DNA of 64,000 nucleotides from the human T2T-CHM13v2.0 reference genome, Homo sapiens, in NCBI RefSeq assembly GCF_009914755.1, contig NC_060928.1. One strand, written 5' to 3'. The notes beneath the pieces are model-generated. The model was not told the origin of the DNA and searched no databases. It saw nothing but the letters and a program-made list of their open reading frames with translations. Positions 30,901-43,659 of the stretch are shown here, piece by piece (positions within the stretch are counted from its first letter, which is position 1; each line of letters begins with the position of its first letter). A program made the position numbers and the translations under genes.

Positions 30901-33339
30901 AGGAGCAGTGCTGCCTTTCCAGGGAGAGCACAGAGGAGGCCTGGGCAGGGAGCAGGGACCCTCGCCAGAGCTTGGCAGGGCCATCCTCTAAGCACACCCA
31001 GATCTCAGGGATGCTTGGGTGGGGAGGTTCTAGAAGGTTCTGGAATACTGGTTGAACAAGCGTCCTGTGCTTCTCCTGCCAAAAGAGCACCTAACAAAAA
31101 GAAGGGGGAAGTTACTGTTCTGGGGGAATGGTGGCCATCATGACGGGCTGTGGCATCAGGGATCACCTGGCTCCCTTATCACCTCCAGAAAGAACTACCC
31201 GATAAGGAATTGGGAATGTGGGCTTCACAGCAAGGCGATGCCTGGCCAAAGACTGTCGGACAGCAGGACCCCTGAGCCTGGGAAGCCCTGGAGGCCCACA
31301 GGAAAAGGGCCCCACATTCATGCTGCCTGAACACAGATCTGCAGCCCTGTGTCTGGAGTCGCCACCCTCGGGCACAGCCAAGACAGGTCCTGTGACGGGC
31401 GGCTGGCCTCCCATGGTCTGCAGGAACCCACTGAGCAGATAGTGAGCTCCCATAATGCAGCACTCATCCAAGGGAGAGGACGCAGCACACACTGCCCCCC
31501 AGTCTCCGTGCGAACCTAAGGGTTTATCCCACGGGGCTGCTCTCCTAAATTGTCTTCAAAGCCGGGACACAAATTCAAGACACATAAAAACTGGCAATCA
31601 CGACCATATTAAACATGGATCCCATCAGGAGAAGCAAATTAAAAGCTCTCACAATGTCAATTTCCCAATTAGCTCCTCAAGGTCACTCCTAATACTGTCA
31701 ACCCCAGCACAATTACCCCATGGAAGAAAATCCTAGAGGCAAAGGAAAAAGGTCATGGACTATCAACAGCACAACGAGGGCTCCCACATCTGCTTGGAAA
31801 TACCTTTTTCCACAAGGGCTCACCTTCTCCCATCCCACTGCTGCACAAGAAGGGAAGTACCAGGGCCTTTCTAGAGCATGCCAGGACGGTGTCACTCCAA
31901 AGCCCTAAGACCCACCCAGGCAGCCTCTTTCCTGCCCATGTGACAACTTTATTTAGAGAAAGGCTTTCAGAGGAAGGAACATAGGAGAGCTTAGGAGAAC
32001 ATAAGGAGCTTAGGAGAACGAACACGGTGGATGACGGTGGTGCTGCTCTCGATGTTCACTGCATTTACGTGAAGGGCTCAGCTCCACTTCCGAGGGCTGG
32101 GTCTAACAGGATCCCTCCCCTACCAAACTGAGAAAGCTGCACAAGACTGAGGCAATGAGGATGGGAGGGACCAGACCACCCAGACCCCTCCCCTGCTGAG
32201 CTGGAGAGTCACCCTGGTGGGAAGCAGAGGAGGGAGCTTAACAATTTCAACCCGAAATCTAGGAACACAGCTTACCCTTTTAAAATAAGCACTGATGGCA
32301 AAGGAAGAGTCCTGCCCACAGAGAGGGAGTGGCCAAGGCAGCTGAATGCCCCCACTGCCAGTAGCTGTGGCTGGTTTGCATTTCTACCATTCTCCACTGT
32401 GGGGGAAGAACCTGGGAGGCTGATGAGTCCCTCCTCTGGGACCCCAGATTCTCTCCTCCACCCATCTGCACTGTCCCAGCTCCCTCAGAACATGGCTCCT
32501 GCCCCCTAGATCCACCCCATCCCCCTACAATCCTAATGGCTACAGCCTAACCCCACTCACACCCATGGCCAGTCAGGCCATCCAGCCAGGTCCTGCCCAC
32601 ACAGCCAGGAGGTGTTCCGGCTTCCGTGGATTTGGAGCACCCAGAGCCTACCTGGATCTCACACCAGCTTGATTGGGCTGCAGGGGCCAGCATCTGTGAC
32701 ATGAGAGGCCAGCCTGCCTGAGGCTACCCCCATGCCCCACCCTGCTGACCCTGTGAGCCACAGACACACTGCCCAGCCCTTTCCTGGGCCTCAGTGTCCA
32801 CCACATGAGGAGGCTCAGCCCGCTAGAGCCCCATGGTCTCCTATGGCCCAACTCAAGGCCAGAAGAAGCTGTAGAGTGCCTCCTGCTACACCCAAGGGAC
32901 ACATGTAAGGCCAGGCGGCTTCTGATAGATTAGGGACAAGCTGCCCAAAATCTCACCTAGAAAAAGGCTTTGCATCCCCCAGGACACAGGGCAATGACAG
33001 CCCTGCGTTGGAAGCATCCATTCCCCGATCCGGCTCCTCTGTCTTTCTCAGATGTGCCTGCAGATTCAGACACATCCATTCTGCAGGGAGCCCCAGAATG
33101 AGGGTGACAAAGCAGCCCCAAAGCCCCTAAGGAGAGGTGGCCCTGCAGAGGTCCTGGCACCAATTTGGGAAGGGAGTGGCCTGCTGCTAGCTCCCTACCT
33201 ACTCTCAGCAGGAAAACACACCACGTGCTCACCCCTGCATGCTGACACAGCGTCCCCTCACGGCATCCCCTCCGGCCTCAGAGCTGCCTCCTGCCTGGCT
33301 TGGACGCCCAACGCCTCCCTTCCTCCCGCCCACCAGAAT

Positions 33340-33772
33340 GCTATTGTGGGTTGAATGGCGGCCCCCCGAAGATAGGTCTACCTGGAACTTGTGAATGTGA
33401 CCATATGTGGCAAAAGGGTCCTTGCAGATGTGATTAAGGATCTCGTGATGAGATCCTGAATTATCTGAGAGGGCATGAAATCCAATGACAAGCGTCCTTC
33501 ATAGAGACAGAAGGAGGTGGCCATGTGAAGATGGAGGTGGAGACTGGAGCAAGGCAGACAGAGCCAGCAAATGCCAAGCTGGCCGGCAGCTACCAGAGGC
33601 TGCAGGGGCACAGAGCAGGTCCTCCCTCAGAGGTTCCAAGAGGAACCAGCCCTGCCGACACCTACATCCTGATTGTGGACTTCGGGCCTCAGACTCTGCG
33701 GGGGTGAATTTCTGTGGTCAAGCCGCTCTGTTTGTAGTAATTTGTTGGTGACGGCCACAGGAAACGAATACA
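33340..33772 (+). mobile_element. MLT1C/D-type LTR
   Basis: tgtgggttgaatggcggcccccc...gtgaatgtgaccatatgtggcaaaagggtccttgcagatgtgattaag...gccacaggaaacgaataca. Confidence 0.85.
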
Positions 33773-34825
33773 GGCAGGGCCACCACAGGGAGCCCCATGT
33801 GTCTCACTGGAGAAGCAACTGTGCCTCAGCTGGAAGATGATGGGGAGCCAGGACCCCATGTCGGGGGCTCAGGAATTCAATTTTCCTGAAGCTGACAGAA
33901 GCTGGAGAAGCCATCCGGCAGCGAGGTGACCCGGCCAGGTTTGTGTTCCAGAAATGTCCCCAGAATACTCTACTTGTATAAATTATACATAAGCATGGCT
34001 ATGTAAAGAGAAAGATCTGGAAAAAACAAGCCAAAATATCAACACAGTTTTTCTTCTGAATGGGTTTCCCTTTTGCCTCTCTAGCTGCCTGAAGTTTACG
34101 TTTAGTTTATGATAAGCGTGTATTGCATTTTTAGACGTTACTACCACAATCAGAATATAATGAAGTTGTTTTCTTTTTGTAAGAAAACAAGGCCTATGGC
34201 TGGCCTGGCAGTGTGGCCAGGGTTCACCCTGCATGCTGCCTTGGTCCTGGGATGCCCCGGTTGAGGAATCCCTGTCTGTTCGGGGTCCTCCTGCTGGATT
34301 CTTTCCCACTACTCAGAAATCCTGTCCTCTGGCTGCCAAGCTTCACAGCTGAAAGTCATTTCATAGAAGACAGCAGCTGCTGTGGGGCAGGGAGCAGACA
34401 CTCAGGCTGTCTGCAAGGCGCCAGAGACCTGCCTGTGGGCACGCAGCCTCCCCCAACCCCAAGCGCCCTCCTAAATGACCGACAAGGGGCCGTGCCCGCC
34501 GCAGCCCTCCCTCTGTGTTTCCTGATTTTCCCAGGTGCTCTCTCTCCCCTTCTGCTCCATCCCTGACTTCTGGATTTAGTGCCTTTTTACAATTCCGCAT
34601 CGTCCCCACGGCCGCTCAGTCACTGTTCCTTCCTCTTTCATGTCCTGGTGGTCACAGCCCACCCTGAGCTCTCCCAACCCGCGCTCATGTGTGGCGGAAG
34701 AGCCTCGTTCCCTCCCTCCCGTCCTGGGGCCATTGTTCCCATACGTTTACCTCTACGTACATAACAGATCCCACAATGCAAGGTTACTGTCTTAGGTCAG
34801 CTAGCACTTAGGAGGTCAATTATCT

Positions 34826-35562
<737 letters not shown>

Positions 35563-37212
35563 TTACCTGAATTCCACTTAATTACAAAATATGGCCTGGG
35601 GGAATAAAGCAGCTCCCTGAGGGAGAAACCATCCCCTCCACGGCCAGCCTGGCTGGATGGCACCATCTCCTCTCCCGCAGACTCTGAGCTTCTCCCTAAA
35701 CAAGTAGAGCCCAGTGATCACTCTCCAGCCCATCATAATCCAATGCGTAAGTACATCCTTTATCAGAACAAACATGACAACTACAAATGGGACAAAAAGT
35801 ATTAATAGATGGGACTCTCTAAAAGAAAAGTACAATCATGTTACATTACGTCTTCTTTCATCCACGCTTAGCATGCATGGAATTTGGGAACGAACTCATT
35901 TAAAGCCAGTGTCTGCAAGCAGGTCCGGATAGATTCATCCTCTACAGTGAATAAAAATAAATTAAGGGTCGATAATAGGACCATCCCACTGCATCCTAGT
36001 GACTCTTAAATCATATTAAATTATTTAAATACAACTAAATTTTGCAGCTTACAATGAATTGTTTATATCCTTTCTTACTGTCACCCAATTCTTCATGTAA
36101 CTCCAAGGAAAAGTTATCAAAGGAAACATTACGTTCTCTTCATTCTTCTGTCAAACTCCCACCTCCCAGCTCTTCCCATACCCAATATTTAAAGTGGCAT
36201 CAGTCGAGAGGCTCAGCTTTGGCCCTGTGAGTTTAATGAGAATCGCACTTCACACACCTCAGCTGTAAGGAATTTACAAAAATGCAGAAAAATATGTCCA
36301 TGTAGAATCGACCCTGGCTGGAATTACAAGAAAAGAAAAAAGCTTTTATCTCTTTCCAGATTCAGGCAAATAAATAGGATCTTTTGCTCCTGTCTTGGAA
36401 GGAATTGGATTCACAAAGCTCCCCGTGAAAGGGCCGCAGGCTGCGTCTGCCCCTCCTTTGAGGACGCTGTCATATTGATCATGGCCAGTCAATCCCATCT
36501 CATCTGCAGAGCCCCAGAGGAGACCCCCACAGCTCCTCGGCCCGTGGAATGCAGGTTGCTGGTGGCACCTGAAATCTCACCGCATCCGCTGCATAAAAGA
36601 TCACTCCATTCACCTTTTCCTTTTCTAGACACAGAACACCTGCCTTCCCCTTGTCAAACACAGAGTAATTCCAATACCTGAAACATAATGCCACAGGCAG
36701 CACTAATTTAAAACTCCTGGGCTGGGAATTCCTTGGAAGGCAGGCCACACAGGTGTGGAGACAGCTAATTCCCAACTATGCAAAAAAGTTAAAGGGTGTG
36801 CTAGTTATTTTTGCTCATGCCATGAGTCCCTGGAAGCTCACCACCTACCATGCAGGTGGGACCTGCCATAACCACCCCTGCCTGCCCCTCGGCCGCTTGC
36901 ACACCTCCCACAGTCCCTGAGCCTGGCTCTCACGGCCCCTTCCAAAAGCTAGGTGGCAGCCACATGTAGCCCTGAAGTGTATTTTTGGTTGTTTTTGACT
37001 CTATAAAAAGGACATCATGCATATGCAATATTTCGAGACTGGCTTTTTTCACTCCACATTAAGCTGCTGAGACTCCCGCCGGCCCCTTGCCGCTGCCCCT
37101 CCTCCCGTAACTGGACACCCCCAGTTCACTCGGCCACACCTGCGGATTGGGGGACGGACTTCCGGGCTTTACTGTTGTGAGCAAAGCTGGCTGTGCGTGT
37201 CCCCAGGAGGCG

Positions 37213-37712
37213 TGTGCTAGTTCCTGTGGCTGCTGCAACAAATCACTACAAACTCCACGGCTTAAGATGACAACATTCACATCTTACAGTTCTGGAGGAC
37301 AGAATTCCAGCCTGGGTCTCTCTGGACTAGAACCAGGTGTCAGCAGGACCGCGTGCCTTCTGGAGGCTCCAGGGAAGAGTCTGTTTCCTTCCCTTTTCCA
37401 GCTTGCACAGCTACTTCCCGACGCACGGCCGCCTCCCGGACCTTCAGAGCCAGCGGCATTGCACGTCTACAGCCTTCTTCCCAGGCCCAGCTCCTCTGAC
37501 TCTCCTGCCCCCTTCTCCACTACTGAGGACTCCTGTGGTTCCACTGGGGCCACCGACATAATCCAGGAAAATTTCATGATCGGAAGGTCAACTGACGAGC
37601 AGGCGTAGTTCCATCTTTAACCTTTACTTCCCCTTTGCCACACACCTCATAGATTCATGGGTTCCAGGGATTCACACATGGACACCTTTGGGGGCCATCA
37701 TTCTGCCTGCCG
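37213..37712 (-). mobile_element. MLT1D-like LTR
   Basis: ggctgctgcaacaaatcactacaaact...tcttacagttctggagg...ggacacctttgggggccatcattctgcct. Confidence 0.8.
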
Positions 37713-38595
37713 CAGGTGGCACAGCTGGGTCACCCACCCCAGCAGCCACGTATGCGATCCCACGGCCACACCTGCTCCAATGCCTGGACCTGGAGGGCTC
37801 CTTCACGTTGCCAGCTGACTGGCAAAGGGGCTCTCTCACCATGGACTTGAGTTACAGTTCCTGGACCCCTAGGCTGGCTGCGTTTCTCTTCACGGGGTGG
37901 TTGACCGCATGAGAAGGGTCATGAACCACAAGTTATGATGGCTCCAGCTGTGTGCACATAAGGTCCTAAAACATCAACGCCTCCTTTCTAACAAGGCACA
38001 TGCTTCCAGCTGCTCGGGCTGCTCGGTCACAGGCAGGGGCCTGGGTGTCGTGTCACACAGGTCTGCGATCCGATCCTGTGAGCAGGCACCACTCTGCGCA
38101 GCTGCATCGATGCCTGACTGCACGTGTGCGTGCTTCCATTACACTGTCGGCGGTCAGAGGCGTCCTCGTCCTTGCAGCAACCCTGGTGCCAGCGGCAGAT
38201 GCCAGCACCCAGCACAGTGGGTGGCACAGGGCAGGTGCCTCGCAAATTCAAGGGACTATCATTCAATCTCTTCCCTGCAAAGGGTAAGGCCAGCCCTAAT
38301 GATGCTCTCTCACTTCCCATTAAAAGTCCCACCACATTAAGCCAGGAGAAGCTTCTGTCTTCTTTCCAGGAGATGAAATGAAATGGCACAGGGTGTAGTA
38401 AGGTGGCCTACAGTGAAACCCCTTTTCTTCAAGACTGAAAATCGTACCCAATAAGATAACTGGCCATCCTCTCCTCAGTTTGAATTGCCAAGGTCACTGG
38501 TGTCCGATCCTGGCAGCTCCCCATCACCGCCACGCCAGTCGTACCCTACTGGGGCCTCCCCCATCTCGGTTCCTTCTGCAGAGCAGACAGTGAGG

Positions 38596-38640
38596 GCACT
38601 GAGCCTCAGGAAGGCACTGAGCCTCAGGAAGGCACTGAAC
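38596..38640. repeat. 18-bp tandem repeat, about 2.5 copies
   Basis: GGCACTGAGCCTCAGGAA repeated. Confidence 0.9.
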
Positions 38641-39427
38641 TCAAGTTCTATGTTTTCTTTACTCGACTAATAAGAGAGGAATTCAGACACGCTACCTAAC
38701 ATTTCATAATCCCTAACATACTTAACTACACTGTTTCTCATCCAAGAGCAGGCGAGCATGCAAGGTGAAGCCTTTGCTTTCGCGCAGACAGCACTGCTCC
38801 ATCCAATTAGGCCCCTTCATAAGCCCCAGGGGGATCCCAACGCTCTCCCCGCACACAGGCACCAGGTCCAGGTCGTGGGAGCTGGAACAGTGTGAGGGGT
38901 GGGGACTCCGGCCCCTGCTCAGCACAGCCTGGCTGTCACACTCAGGTGCAATGCACACCAGTCATGAACCAGAGTCCCCAAAGCTCCCTTGGTGACATCC
39001 CATAGCACTGGCCTGGAATTTTCAACCTGGGAGCAGGAAACAGGGCTTTCCTGAGATTCCTTCCCCACTCCCAGCTCTTCTCCACCAAGGTCACCAGGAA
39101 TGCCAGGCCAGAAGAGGTGGCCGGACCCAACACGCCAGGGACAGCCTTTGACCGCGGTGCTACCACCACACCCAGATAACGGTCCAAGATAGCAGGAGGG
39201 AGGCTCACAGGAGGCGGCGGGACTCCAGATTAGGGCTGGGCTCTTTCTCACCCAAGGCACTGCTGACACTTGGCGCCAGGGGGTTCCTTGTCAGGGGCTC
39301 TTCTGTGCATTGTGGGATGGCTAGCAGCACCCCCCACACTACATGACATTGCCTGTGTCCCCTGGGGGTCCAATTCAGCCCGGGTGAGACCCACTGGGTG
39401 AGTCTCTGCTAAGTCAGGATTTAAGGG

Positions 39428-39529
39428 GAGCTGATGGGACAAGCTATCCTGCAGAGGGGACCCAAGGCGGGGGTGTCTGAGCTGATGGGACCAGCCATCC
39501 TGCAGAGGGGACCCAAGGCGGGGTGTCTG
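39428..39529. repeat. ~51-bp tandem duplication
   Basis: GAGCTGATGGGAC..GC.ATCCTGCAGAGGGG(G)ACCCAAGGCGGGG(G)TGTCTG occurs twice. Confidence 0.9.
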
Positions 39530-39824
39530 GGAAGCCGCAAGGAGCCCCGGGTGGCTGAAATGGAGGGCGGACAGCTGGGGGAGGGTACCTGACCCTGAAG
39601 GGGCTTAACTCCGACTGACACGGAGTCACTGGGGGGTCCTGAGCAGCGAGTCATGACCCGAATTGAATTGTGTGCTTCAACGATCACTCTGGCTGCTGTG
39701 CCGAGAACAGCCGGGTGGGGCAGGACAGGAGCCAGGGCAGAAGGAAGGACTCCGGCTCAGGGGCGACTGCCACGGCCGGGGATCAGGGAGGCATCAGAAG
39801 GGGTCACCTCCTGCAAACATTTTT

Positions 39825-40600
<776 letters not shown>

Positions 40601-41290
40601 ACACATGTGCTCCTGGAGACACTTTGGAGGCCACGCCTACAGGATGTGCGGAAGGATGTGCAGTGAGAAACTAGGAGGAGAGCTGAGGTGGGTTTCCAGG
40701 TGTGAGGCCCAGGCACCCATAGAAACAGAGATGGAGGAGAATGGAGGGGGCGGGGTGGGGGCAGGTGAGATGGGAGGGGGGGGTCCTGGCAGACGTCCAC
40801 ATGGAGACAATAAGGAGGCAGCTGTCCCAACAAGTGCAGCGTCAGGGCAGAGGTCCCGGCTGGAGATACAACTGTGAGGCACCAAGGGCAAGGGACCTAG
40901 AGCTGGTGCCAGTGGATGGCCTGGCTCCACAGGAGGCCGCGTGGGTGGGGAAGGCCAGCACCCGTGCCAGGGTGCAGGGCACCGACACGGGAGGCCATTG
41001 GTGACCCGATGGGTGGTCATGGTGGGCTGCTTGGGGGAGCGACTAGAACACAAAGCAGTGGGCTTGCATGAGGGCACCCAGACAGCTTCTTCAAGGACTT
41101 CTGCTGAAAAGAGGGCCAGGAGCTACGGAGTGGCAGCTCGAGAGACGGCAGCCAAGCGGGGCTGCTACATGGTTGCTGCTTTAGAGACAGGAGAGGTCAT
41201 GGCAGGTTTTCACCTATATGGGAGTCACAGACTGGGAGAGACCAGTACAAGAGAGGAGCACTGCAGGAAGCTCTTGAGAAGGAAAATAGG

Positions 41291-41970
41291 TGAGATCCAG
41301 CACAAGGTGTGGCGAGATCCAGGGCACAAGGTGGAGACCGAGATCCAGGGCACAAGAGTGGGGCAAGATCCAGCACACAAGGCGGGGGCGAGATCGAGGG
41401 TACGAGGAGGAGCGAGATCCAGGGCACAAGGTGGGGGCCAAGATCCAGTGCACAATAGGTGGTGAGATCCAGGGCACAAGCGGGGGCAAGATCGAGGGCA
41501 CAAGGGGGGTATGAGATCCAGTGCACAAGGTCAGTGGCAGGGGCAAGATCCAGGGCACAAGTGTGGAGCTGAGATCCAGGGCACAAGCGGGGGCAAGATC
41601 GAGGGCACAAGGGGGGTGTGAGATCCAGTGCACAAGGTCAGTGGCGAGATTGAGGGCACAAGGAGGGGCGAGATCTAGGGCACAAGGTGGGGTGAGATCC
41701 AGGGCACAAGCGTGGAGGTGAGATCCAGGGCACAAGCGTGGAGGTGAGATCCAGGGCACAAGCGTGGAGGTGAGATCCAGGGCACAAGCTGGGGCAAGAT
41801 GGAGGGCACAAGGTGGGGGGTGAGATCTAAGGCACAAGGAGGGGTGGTGAGATCCAGGGCACAAGGTGGGGTGAGATCCAGGGCACAAGGGTGGAGGTGA
41901 GATCCAGTGCACAGAGTGGGGTGATAACCAGTGCACAATGTGGGGGGTTGAGATCCAGCCCTGCATTGGG
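41291..41970. repeat. G-rich minisatellite (VNTR), about 27 units of about 24-26 bp
   Basis: Core GAGATCCAGGGCACAAG plus a variable G-rich 6-9 nt tail, for example TGAGATCCAGGGCACAAGCGTGGAGG x3. Confidence 0.95.
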
Positions 41971-43228
41971 GGGTGCAGCAGGGGTGTGGCTAACTACAAA
42001 GCTGCACCAACAGCCTGTCCGTCTGTCCAGTCCTGTGTGTTCACGCCTCTCCTCCTGTCCAAAGGTGAAATCTCTGCCCCTCTTTGCGGAGCTGGGCTGG
42101 CCCGTGACTTGCCTAGACTGTGAGAATGCCAGCATTCCCCTACCACGCCCCTGACCGTGCTGCCCCCAACCATGTCCCCAAGCCAGCTATACCCTCGCAA
42201 GAAAGCACCCAGGAAGGCCGGGGCCTCTGACATCTGGTTTTCTGCCAAGTCCCAAGCTCAAAGCCTGGCACATCATACATACCCAGTTCATGTTTGTTGA
42301 ATGAATACGTGACTGTTTTAACTCCGTGCCTATGTTGAGAGGGTCAGGGAGGGGATCACTGCCTCCTTCCGTTGCACCACGTGGCCTACAGAGAAGCCGC
42401 CTGCCTCCCACCCAGCAAGTGGCGATACTCGGATCCCAAGTGCAGAGCAGAGCGGAAGAAACAGTGCAGGCCCCTGACTTGGAGCAGAGCTCGGAGCAGG
42501 GCCCGGGACACCATCTGGACCCAAATGCTGCTGGACGTGAGCCGTACCAGTCATGTGGGCCACATGGGGTTGCATGCCCTGTCACCCACGTCAAAGCTTC
42601 CTCAGCACAAGGTGGAGGAACAGGGCAGGGCGCCCACCGTGGCCACTAAGAGGCACCACCACGTCCCTCCTCCTCAGACAGGGGAGCCCGAGGAAGTGCC
42701 GGCACCACGCAGCACGCACAGGGCGGGGACGGCCCCACGGCCGCTTCAGATGCTGCCTCTCCACATGGAGGGTCCTTCCCCGGAGCTCCTCAGGGCGGGC
42801 ACAGAACCCTGACCCTCCACAGAGCTCCAGTGGCATCGAGAGCCTGCAATCTGCCTCGGGGAGCCACAGGTCAGGAGGAACACATTTTTTTACTTGACCG
42901 CACTTAATTCATCTACATGAAAGGTCTTGGGGTTACCCACTTTTATACATAGCTGGTCTGGTCCGTCGCAGAATGTGTGGAAGTACTAAGTGCCATCAAT
43001 GATGCCCATCAAGTTACTGTGTCATGACACGCACACACATTTCATCAAGTGACGCCCTTAAGTTAACTCTGTGACAGCACACGCACAACACTGACCTCCT
43101 CACACATTACCAGTCTCGGCCCCTAAAATACAGGCATCTGCGCCACCGCCAATTCGACAGTAGCCCAGGTCCCGAGCCACCCCAGGAGTGAGTGTCATGA
43201 GGCCCCCAGACACCCCGGTTTGCCTGGG

Positions 43229-43659
43229 TATATTAGTCAGGGCTCTCTAGAGGGAGAACTAATAGGATACATATATATAAAGGGGAGTTCATTAAGTATT
43301 AACTCACACAATCACAAGGTCCCACAATAAGCTGTCTGCAAGCTGAGAAGCAAGGAGAGCCGAGTCCCAAACAGAAGAACCTGGAGGCCGATGTTCCAGG
43401 GCAGGAAGCATCCAGCACGGGAGAAAGCTGTAGGCTGGGAGGCTAGGCCAGTCTCGCCTTTTCACGTTCTTCTGCCTGCTTTACATTCCAGCCGTGCTGG
43501 CAGCTGATTAGTTTATGCCCACCAGATTAAGGGTGGGCCTGCCTTTCCCAGCCCACTAACTCAAATGTTAACATCCTTTGGCAGCACGCACACAGACACA
43601 CCCAGGATCAATACTTTGTATCCTCCAATCCAATCAGGTTGGCAGTATTAACCATCACA
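43229..43659 (-). mobile_element. MLT2A-type (HERV-L) solo LTR
   Basis: tatattagtcagggctctctagaggg...gaagcatccagcacgggagaaag...caatccaatca...gtattaaccatcaca is the reverse of the MLT2A1/A2 consensus; flanks are CTGGG and CAGGG. Confidence 0.88.

Noticed and set aside
41291-41970. CRISPR-like appearance (constant core plus variable spacers) and repetitive ORFs (CALDL.../LVPWIS..., up to 250 aa)
   Set aside because: The variable parts are only 6-9 nt and related to each other, there are no cas genes, and the context is a primate intron. The ORFs simply translate the minisatellite.
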